Shown here: piece after piece, positions 1-7,506 of the stretch
How positions within the stretch are numbered: the stretch's first letter is position 1
Layout of the letters: every line of letters starts with the position of its first letter
Assembly: GCA_017525245.1 (NCBI GenBank)
Contig: JAFXTE010000012.1
Location: forward strand, 25,605-89,604
Length of the DNA stretch: 64,000 bases
Origin: Bacteroidales bacterium
GTDB taxonomy: Bacteria; Bacteroidota; Bacteroidia; Bacteroidales; WCHB1-69
Direction of reading: 5' to 3'
Position numbers and translations under genes: made by a program
The notes under the pieces: model-generated
The model's database searches: none
Seen by the model: the letters and a program-made list of their open reading frames with translations, nothing else
Told to the model about the DNA's origin: nothing

Positions 1-2736
1 TTTTACTATGACCCTGTGTGTTCTGCATCACAATATGTCATATTTAACGCAATGCGCGGTAAAAACAAGTCTCAATATGTTCGTGACATTGCGATTCCAA
101 TCTGTGATGTCGCCGATGTTGTCATTGATTTGCACAAAGACATCCGTCAATATGAAACGATTTCAAAATCGCATCTCAAGCATGGAGGACTATACGTGAC
201 TTTTGTCATGAAAAAAGATTTAGGATTATGCCAACCAGTCATCGAGAAACTCATCAAGGAAAATGTCTTAGATAAAGTCATCAGTCTCAACAATCGCTAC
301 TTGTTATTCATTAACCAAAGCAAACAGGATGACAAAGTAGTTTTGGCTAAGTTCAATCATGTTGATGAAGACCGGTGGCTGCAATCCTATCAAACTATCA
401 TTGACGAATTGGCTTTAAATGCCGATTCCAAGCATGTTAGAATCTTGTCTTCGAAAGATTTTGCAGCAACTAATTATTCCATCTCGACAGATTCCTATTT
501 CACCGCCGTTGATTCTCATAGTATTGAAAGTGTTATTCATTCCCTGATCGCCCGTCACAATGTTGAGTATAATGCCATAGACATTTTGCTATACATTCTG
601 TCGAGAGTTGGTCATCTTCATAGATATGGTGTGGAATTTCCGTATTTTTCAAAAACCATAGAGAAGTTGGATGGGGTCTATGACAGTATGCTTGATTATG
701 AAGAACTTTTGATGGACAACTACACGGAATGTGTCAACACCGTGATTCAAATATATGGTACAGAGGTTTTTGCTCACGAACATTTCCAGCCCGGAATCTC
801 CAAATTGATGGTGGATGTCCTCTCGCCAGACAGTATCCACAATGTTTATAACCCGTTTGCAGGATTGGTAAGTTTTTGCTACTTGCTACCCAAGGCAGAC
901 TATTTTGGAAGTGAAATTGACGAGAATGTATTTACATTTGCAGCTTATCGATTGGAAGCCAATGGCCTATACGATCAAGCAATGTTCGAGTGTAGGGATT
1001 CTACAATTGATGATGCGGATGATGTCGCGCCCTTTGACACAATTCTCACTATTCTCCCATTCATGATTAAGAATGAGACCCGTTTGTATGATTATCTATT
1101 CGGGAAGTGCTTCTCTATGTTGGAGGAGAATGGTAAAATGATGGTGGCTCTCCCTTCCAAGTTCACTTTTGACAAATCACCCGCAATGACCGAACTTCGA
1201 AAAAAAATTGTGGAAAACAAGTGGGTGGAGAAAGTTATATGTTTGCCCAAAGGCGCATTCACAGGAACGAATGTCAACACCTGTTTGATTCAACTATCAA
1301 AGCGAGCTAATCAGGAAATATTATTCTGTGATGCCACTCAAATGGTTGAATATGACAAAGGAAAAGGGACGATTCAGATGGAGGCAATTGTTTCTGCAAT
1401 CAATCAGGAGGAGTCGTCTTGCTGCTTCAGAATTGCCAATTCGGCTGTCTTGGAAAATAATTATTCGCTTAACCTATTCGTCTATAAACCATTCCCGTCA
1501 GAAGAGGGCACAATTCAATGTCGGCTGAACAATTTCTTGACCGAGATTAAACGAACCCCGGCTCTTTCTTTGCCAGAAGGTTTGTTGTTCACTCAAGACA
1601 TGCTTTCGTCGGATGTGGTGAATTATAGAAAAGGTTTAGATGATTTGAAAACAGGTGGTGTAAGTGAGTCCATGATGAAACTCCAAGGCGATGCGCTGAT
1701 TGTCTCATCCGTTCAAAGCAATCTGAAACCCACGTACTTGGAAGTTGGAGAAGACACGTGTTATTACATGAATCGTGGTCTGTTGGCCTTTAAGGTGGAT
1801 ACCACAAAAGTGTTGCCTGGATATATTTGTCACGCATTAACACAGCCGGAAATATTGAAGCAAATCGACAATTATCGTATAGGAACGCTTGCAAAGATTT
1901 CCTCAGACGACTTTCTAAACGTGCGGATTAACCTGCCAGATCTTTCTGCACAAAGAGCTATTGTTGATGATCTCACTCGTGAGCAATACACTAAGAAAAA
2001 GCAGGAATTAAACAAGATATATGGTGATGTTTATGCGGAAAAGGAAGAGGAATTCAAATCCTTGAAACATGCTATGGGAAAATCTGTTGCTGGAATCACC
2101 GCTGCTGTAGATAATCTGTATAAGTATTTTGAAGGGAAGGGGCAGTTAGACACCATTGTTCATGAGCGCAGGTCATCCACACTGGGCGACAAACTTAATG
2201 TAATACAACAAAGTGTCCAGCATATTGCTGTACTTTTGAAACATGGAGCAGACTTTTTGGATGTATCCCAATACCCGATAGAATCGGTTTCCATCGATGA
2301 TCTTTGGCGGTGCATAACGTACGAAACAAACAGATTCTCTCTCAGCAAGTATAATGTGTTGGAAGATTCAATCAAACGTATGACTATCAGAATGAATGTC
2401 GATTTATTCAAGATACTCGTGAATGATATACTGTCTAATGCGGAGAAACATGCTTTTGAAGACAACAATCCTATCAATACGGTTCGCGTAGAATACGTTT
2501 GTGACAATTCTTGGTTCACACTGTTTGTCTCGAATAATGGTCGGCCTTTCCCGGATGATGTGGATGTGAAAAAATTCACGAAAAGATACTGGTCTGCTGG
2601 AAATCACCAAGGAAGTGGAATCGGCGGACACGATATTCTCAAGATAATGACCGCTTTTCAGGGAGAGTTTGAATTGTTGACGGATTACGAGGATTCCTAT
2701 CCGACTTGCTATGTGTTAAGATTCCCTGTTGAGTAA
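1..2736 (+). CDS. Fusion protein, 5'-truncated by the window: degenerate N6-adenine methyltransferase (HsdM-like) modules + HsdS-like specificity domain + histidine kinase (HisKA/HATPase_c)
   Basis: Frame is open from base 1 (FYYDPVCSAS...). HsdM-like motifs HEHFQP, VYNPFAG (844-864), GSEID, FDTILTILPF, LRKKIVENKWVEKVICLPKGAFTGTNV. HsdS-like KVLPGYI...NVRINLPDLSAQRAIV. H-box-like SLKHAMG (His 2068-2070), N-box ILSNAEKHAF, VSNNGRPF, G2 GSGIGG. Confidence 0.85.
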   Translation, partial: FYYDPVCSASQYVIFNAMRGKNKSQYVRDIAIPICDVADVVIDLHKDIRQYETISKSHLKHGGLYVTFVMKKDLGLCQPVIEKLIKENVLDKVISLNNRYLLFINQSKQDDKVVLAKFNHVDEDRWLQSYQTIIDELALNADSKHVRILSSKDFAATNYSISTDSYFTAVDSHSIESVIHSLIARHNVEYNAIDILLYILSRVGHLHRYGVEFPYFSKTIEKLDGVYDSMLDYEELLMDNYTECVNTVIQIYGTEVFAHEHFQPGISKLMVDVLSPDSIHNVYNPFAGLVSFCYLLPKADYFGSEIDENVFTFAAYRLEANGLYDQAMFECRDSTIDDADDVAPFDTILTILPFMIKNETRLYDYLFGKCFSMLEENGKMMVALPSKFTFDKSPAMTELRKKIVENKWVEKVICLPKGAFTGTNVNTCLIQLSKRANQEILFCDATQMVEYDKGKGTIQMEAIVSAINQEESSCCFRIANSAVLENNYSLNLFVYKPFPSEEGTIQCRLNNFLTEIKRTPALSLPEGLLFTQDMLSSDVVNYRKGLDDLKTGGVSESMMKLQGDALIVSSVQSNLKPTYLEVGEDTCYYMNRGLLAFKVDTTKVLPGYICHALTQPEILKQIDNYRIGTLAKISSDDFLNVRINLPDLSAQRAIVDDLTREQYTKKKQELNKIYGDVYAEKEEEFKSLKHAMGKSVAGITAAVDNLYKYFEGKGQLDTIVHERRSSTLGDKLNVIQQSVQHIAVLLKHGADFLDVSQYPIESVSIDDLWRCITYETNRFSLSKYNVLEDSIKRMTIRMNVDLFKILVNDILSNAEKHAFEDNNPINTVRVEYVCDNSWFTLFVSNNGRPFPDDVDVKKFTKRYWSAGNHQGSGIGGHDILKIMTAFQGEFELLTDYEDSYPTCYVLRFPVE

Positions 2737-2788
2737 GTGGTCGTTTTATAGCTAAATCAATTTGATAGTATCATAAAACCAATAAATT

Positions 2789-3955
2789 ATGGCATATAAA
2801 GTTTTGTGGGTTGATGACGAGTTTGATACCGATGCGTTACAAGAAGTAGCTGATTCCGCTGCAAACCGAGGAATCAATATGGATACGGCGTGCAAGTCTG
2901 CAGAAGAGGCTTTGGCACATTTGCAACATGCTAAAGATTTTGATGCAATCATTTTGGATGCCCGCTTTTTAACGTCAACAAGCGACACTCTTGACAGTAA
3001 AGGCGGAGTGAAAGGCTTAGGTAGAGTTATAAAACGTATTCGACAGTTGAAGGATGCGGGAGACTATATCCCGACATTCATCTTTTCTGGTCAGCCCGAC
3101 ACTTTCAAGAGCGAATGGTTTGCGGAAACATACGAAGAGTATGAGGTTTTCCAAAAGGGGTTGGACAACATGAGGTTGTTTGATGCGATTATTCGCGCTG
3201 TGAACGAAAGAGAGGTAAGCCAAGTGAAGCTGAAATATGCTCCACTGTTTGACATTGGTGTGCCGAAATATCTGTTTGATTCTTCAGATATTGCCGATCG
3301 TCTGTTGAATTATGCTATACAAGTCGAGCATAACGATACGAAGAAAACGGATTATTTGAATGATATGCGTAAACTGATAGAAGAACTTTTTGAAAAGTGT
3401 GAACAAGTCGGTTTGCTTCGTTCAGGAATCAACTCACTGAATGAAAAGAGTAAGTTTTTGTGTGACAACAATATGCAGAAGTTCATTCCTCCGTATGTTC
3501 AAGAGTCTATTCGACATATTCTCCGTTGCACCCAAGAAGGTTCTCATCATGGGTCTGCAGATGCCGATATGCGAAACGGTATCGCACCGTTTTTGTTCAG
3601 ATCTCTGTTTTTCTCCCTTGCCACAGTGTTGGTTTGGTGGAAACAATTTGTTGACAGTAATTGCGATAAAGATGCATTAAAACAATTTGTGGAATCTATC
3701 CAAGTAGAGTCAGATCAGGCAAAAAAAGAAAAGAAGCCTGAAGAATCAGAGCGAGATGCCACAACGCCTCTTCCATACACATATATCGTAGAAAAGGATA
3801 GTGACGGATTTTATCATTGTGGCCCTTATTTGATGTCATCAAAGCACGGACAAGCAATAGAAGGGAGAATGGTGACAGTTCTCGATGAGGATGCCAATAC
3901 GAAAAAAAAGATTGATGTGTACCCGAGATTTGCGAAGAGAGTTAAGGAGGTTTGA
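2789..3955 (+). CDS. Response regulator: N-terminal receiver domain + uncharacterised helical (possibly HEPN/DUF4145-like) output domain
   Basis: KVLWVDDE, AIILDAR (phospho-acceptor Asp), IFSGQ, FQKG; 52 bp downstream of the kinase fusion; C-terminal RCTQEGSHH. Confidence 0.8.
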   Translation: MAYKVLWVDDEFDTDALQEVADSAANRGINMDTACKSAEEALAHLQHAKDFDAIILDARFLTSTSDTLDSKGGVKGLGRVIKRIRQLKDAGDYIPTFIFSGQPDTFKSEWFAETYEEYEVFQKGLDNMRLFDAIIRAVNEREVSQVKLKYAPLFDIGVPKYLFDSSDIADRLLNYAIQVEHNDTKKTDYLNDMRKLIEELFEKCEQVGLLRSGINSLNEKSKFLCDNNMQKFIPPYVQESIRHILRCTQEGSHHGSADADMRNGIAPFLFRSLFFSLATVLVWWKQFVDSNCDKDALKQFVESIQVESDQAKKEKKPEESERDATTPLPYTYIVEKDSDGFYHCGPYLMSSKHGQAIEGRMVTVLDEDANTKKKIDVYPRFAKRVKEV

Positions 3956-3968
3956 AAGTGATAGAGAA

Positions 3969-4006
3969 TAGGTTCACTATCCCTGAACCTACCCGTTGTA
4001 TTTTTG
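3969..4006 (+). promoter_or_regulatory. Inverted repeat TAGGTTCA-N7-TGAACCTA followed by a Bacteroidota -7 box (TATTTTTG)
   Basis: Perfect 8-bp arms at 3969-3991; TAnnTTTG at 3999-4006, upstream of the small ORF and rmuC. Confidence 0.45.
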
Positions 4007-4049
4007 CCGCCGGAAATCAACGTTATTATTCATCAAAATTTTTGGAGTT

Positions 4050-4151
4050 ATGATTATTTACATTCTCATTGGTTGTTTCGGCTGGCTTCTGGAAGCCGTA
4101 GGTGGCGCTTTAATTGGCAAGAATCCCGGAGACATGTTCGGCAAAAAGTAG
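4050..4151 (+). CDS. 33-aa small hydrophobic protein (MIIYILIGCFGWLLEAVGGALIGKNPGDMFGKK)
   Basis: ATG..TAG ORF below the ORF-track cutoff; lies between the promoter box and rmuC; preceded by GGAG; one TM-like segment. Confidence 0.55.
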   Translation: MIIYILIGCFGWLLEAVGGALIGKNPGDMFGKK

Positions 4152-4208
4152 TTCAAATCTTCTTAATTGCAGGTCAACATTCATCAATTATTCATCAAAT
4201 ATCTCGCT

Positions 4209-5992
4209 ATGAACACTTTCATATACATCATTTTAGCATTGGTGGCAGTTTGCACCATCTGCACAGTCATCGTTATGGTCAAAGTCTTTTCCAGACAAGA
4301 AACCACCTCGGATGTCTCTTCGAAAGACTTCGACCGCTTGGAAGGGAAAATCTCGGAAGAGAACAGGAGTGCCCGGCAGGAACTGTCGGACAACATCGAT
4401 AAAATCCGAAAAGAGCTGTCGGAGAACGTCGGACACATGCGGACGGAAACGGTGGACAACATGGGAAAGATGCGGGAGGAACTCTCTGGCAACGTGGGGA
4501 AGATGCGCGAAGAGATTTCGGGCACGGTGAACAAATTACGCTCTGAATTCACTGAAAATGTCAGTCAGTTGAGGAAAGAATCGTCGGAAACGTCCAAAAA
4601 CCAGCGAGAAGAGACAAAGAAAGCCTTTACGGACTTTCAGACCGCATTTGGTGACAATGTCGCAAAACTCAATTCTTTCCAAAAAGAAGGCTTCGATGAC
4701 ATGGGGAAGCGCAACAAGGAGTTTGTGGGCACCATGGAGTCCAAACTTGAAAACTTGAAGGATACCACCAACACGACGCTGACAAAATCGTTCGAGCAAT
4801 TCTTCAAAACATTCGATGCCAACACTGACAAATCGGTTGAGGCGCAGAATGCCGGTTTTGAGAAGATGGAGAAACGTCAGTCGGACTTGATTAAGACTAC
4901 GGAAACCAAACTTGATGCGCTGCGTTCCATCGTCGAGGAAAAGCTGACCACGATGTCCGAGAAGTTCCAGGAAGGGTTCGAGAAGAACACCGAAAAGATG
5001 GTGGAAGCTCAGAAGGAGCGGTTTGCCGAAATGGACAAGCGGCAGTCGGACCTGATCCAAACGACAGAGAAACGGTTGGATGAGATGCGGGCAACGGTGG
5101 ATGAGAAGCTGCAGAAGACCCTGAACGACCGTCTCGGGCAGTCTTTCAAGCTGGTCAGCGAGCAACTCGAAAGCGTCCAAAAAGGGTTGGGCGAGATGAA
5201 GAACCTCGCTTCCGATGTCGGAGGTTTGAAGAACGCGTTAACCAATGTCAAAGTGCGTGGCAATTTCGGGGAGCTGCAACTCAAGGCGTTGTTGGAGCAG
5301 ATGCTGTCTCCTGAGCAATACGATGAGAATGTGGCCACCGTGCCCGGCAGCTCGGAACGCGTGGAGTTCGCCATCAAGTTGCCCGGTAAGGATGATCCCC
5401 ACCGGTGTATCTGCCTGTCGATTCCAAGTTCCCCAAGGATGTCTATGACCAGTATGTCGATGCCATAGACACGGGGGACGCCGCGACGATCAAATCGAAA
5501 TCCAGCCAGTTTGAGAACACAATATTGGCCATGGCGAAGGACATCAGCACCAAGTACTTATCCGTCCCCGACACGACCAATTTCGCCATCATGTTTGTGC
5601 CCGTTGAGAACATCTACGCCGAGGTCATCCGCCGTTCGAAACTTACGCAGGAACTGAGGGACAAATGGAACGTGCTCGTCACAGGACCGACCACCTTGGG
5701 TGCCTTGCTCAGCAGTCTGCAGATGGGCTTCCGCACATTGGCCATCGAGAAACGTAGCAACGATGTCTGGACCACCTTGGGCGCGGTCAAGACGGAGTTT
5801 TCCAAATTCGGCGACCTCCTTGAGAAGGCCAAGAAGAACATCGACTCCGCTTCCGCGACCATCGAGCAGCTTCAGGGCACCCGCACCAAAGCCATCAAAC
5901 GGAAACTGCGGGAGGTCGAGGTCCTGCCGACGGACCAGGCCGCCTCGTTGCTGCCGGATATGGGCGAGGAAGGTGTTTGGGATGAAGAATGA
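4209..5992 (+). pseudogene. rmuC: DNA recombination protein RmuC, split by a frameshift near 5395-5405 (real lesion or sequencing error)
   Basis: N-terminal TM + coiled coil + RGNFGELQL...ERVEFAIKLPG (ORF ending 5468); continues in another frame as YLPVDSKFP...FAIMFVP.E...GPTTL...LQMGFRTLAIEKRS (5405-5992). Confidence 0.85.
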
Positions 5993-6371
5993 TGGTTTTT
6001 CCCCTATGCCTGGGCAGCTAATGGTTCCCCGTGCCACCTTCGAGACCACGGATGACCGTTTGACGTTCCTTATAAACATCCCTGTCCATCCCGGCTGTGA
6101 TAACAAGCTGCTTCAATTAGATGCCCAAGGACAGGTTTCTGTCCCAGAGGGTGTACAGAAAAGTACACAGAAAGGTACACAGAAAAGTACACAGAAAATC
6201 CTTGAGCTTATCGCTGAAAACCCTAAAGTGACAACCCAAGAGATGGCAGATTCGCTTGGAATTATACGGCGAGCCGTTGCCAAGCATATAAAGAAATTGC
6301 AGGAGCAAGGCGTCATCCGCCGGGTCGGACCGGACAAAGGCGGCCATTGGGAAGTCATAGAGAGACCATGA
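5982..6371 (+). CDS. Winged-HTH protein, probably the C-terminal remnant of an AlbA/HATPase-type ATP-binding transcriptional regulator
   Basis: ILELIAENPKVTTQEMADSLG...IKKLQEQGVIRRVGPDKGGHWEVI; FETTDDRLTFLINIPVH; 12-bp repeat linker encoding QKST/QKGT. Confidence 0.6.
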   Translation: MKNDGFSPMPGQLMVPRATFETTDDRLTFLINIPVHPGCDNKLLQLDAQGQVSVPEGVQKSTQKGTQKSTQKILELIAENPKVTTQEMADSLGIIRRAVAKHIKKLQEQGVIRRVGPDKGGHWEVIERP

Positions 6372-6411
6372 AACCACGATTATAGCAGAATACCCTTCCG
6401 GCATAAACAAA

Positions 6412-6441
6412 TGTAGAGACGTTTCATGAAACGTCTCTACA
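6412..6441. repeat. REP-like palindrome TGTAGAGACGTTTCATGAAACGTCTCTACA
   Basis: Perfect 30-bp palindrome with GTAG ends; further copies throughout the window. Confidence 0.9.
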
Positions 6442-6447
6442 AGGTTG

Positions 6448-6532
6448 CGGAGAGAGAGGGATTCGAACCCCCGGAGGTGTTACCCTCAACGGTTTTCAAG
6501 ACCGCCGCAATCGACCGCTCTGCCATCTCTCC
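6448..6532 (-). tRNA. tRNA-Ser (TGA)
   Basis: Reverse complement GGAGAGATGGCAGAGCGGTCGATTGCGGCGGTCTTGAAAACCG...GGTTCGAATCCCTCTCTCTCCG; long variable arm; anticodon loop CTTGAAA. Confidence 0.95.
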
Positions 6533-6607
6533 GAATTGAGCGGCAAAAATACAATTTTTTTCGATATTCTGCCAACGAATGACGATTTTGTTGTATTTAT
6601 TTGATAT

Positions 6608-7393
6608 TTAGGTGTTTGTTATTGCCTTTTTGGTAATAAACCCCGCCTCTGTGATGTCGTAATCATCCGATAACCCAAAACAATTTCGGATATTATCCTC
6701 GCTGAGGGCCGCGTTTTTGTCTCCAAAATGGAGCACATTCCCACCCTTCAACAACAACACCTGCTTGGAATAAGCCTTCGCGATCGGCAAGTCGTGGAGG
6801 ATGATGAGCACCGTGACGTTCCGCTCCTCATTTAACTGTTGCAAGATGTCCATGATCTCGAACTTGTGCGTGACATCGATGTTGGAGAGCGGCTCGTCCA
6901 GGAGCATGATGCCGGTCTGCTGCGCCATGGCGCGGGCGATCATCACCCGCTGCCGCTCGCCACCGCTCAACGACTGTATCAACGTGTCGCGGTAGTGCCA
7001 AACGTTGCATTTTTGCAACATTGCCTCCACAATCTCTTTGTCCTCGGCTCGTTGCATTTCCCATGGGGTCTGATACGGGTTGCGCCCCAACATCACGTAG
7101 TCGAACACGGAAATGTCGAACACGATGTCCTGATATTGCGGCACGTAGGCGATTTTTCTGGCCATATCCATCATCTTGTACTCAGACATCGGCTTTCCTT
7201 CCAACATAATCGTGCCGCCACTCGGTTGCAACAATCCGACGATGCACTTCAACAACGTGGTCTTGCCGGAGCCGTTCGGTCCCAGAATTGAGCAGAAGCC
7301 GCCTTGCGGGAAGCTTACGGACAAGTCGTTGAAGATTAAGCGGTTGTCGTAGGCGAATGTTAGGTTGGCTATGTTAATGCAATCCATGTTCAA
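6608..7393 (-). CDS. ABC transporter ATP-binding protein (FecE/BtuD-like, siderophore or cobalamin)
   Basis: GPNGSGKTT, AYVPQ, LSGGERQR, LLDEP, ILHDL. Confidence 0.9.
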   Translation of the reverse strand: MNMDCINIANLTFAYDNRLIFNDLSVSFPQGGFCSILGPNGSGKTTLLKCIVGLLQPSGGTIMLEGKPMSEYKMMDMARKIAYVPQYQDIVFDISVFDYVMLGRNPYQTPWEMQRAEDKEIVEAMLQKCNVWHYRDTLIQSLSGGERQRVMIARAMAQQTGIMLLDEPLSNIDVTHKFEIMDILQQLNEERNVTVLIILHDLPIAKAYSKQVLLLKGGNVLHFGDKNAALSEDNIRNCFGLSDDYDITEAGFITKKAITNT

Positions 7394-7506
7394 GTTTCAA
7401 GTTTCAGGTTTCAGGTTTCAAGGTTCAAGGTTCAAAGTTCAAGGTTAATGGTTTTTAGGTCTTAAGTCTCACGTCTCACGTCTTAAGTCTCAAGTCTCAA
7501 GTCTCA
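7388..7506. repeat. Two degenerate heptamer tandem arrays (TTTCARG/GTTCAAG and GTCTYAM)
   Basis: Arrays at 7388-7446 and 7459-7506; the second overlaps the mutL stop codon. Confidence 0.85.

Noticed and set aside
1-2736. Ordinary type I or IIG restriction-modification enzyme
   Set aside because: No NPPY/F motif, no nuclease or helicase visible, and a C-terminal histidine kinase.
5700-5981. N-terminal extension of the 223-aa ORF
   Set aside because: Overlaps rmuC out of frame; only the part from ATG 5982 looks coding.
1-6447. Defined genomic island anchored at tRNA-Ser(TGA)
   Set aside because: Accessory-looking and downstream of the tRNA, but no integrase or duplicated tRNA end lies within the window.
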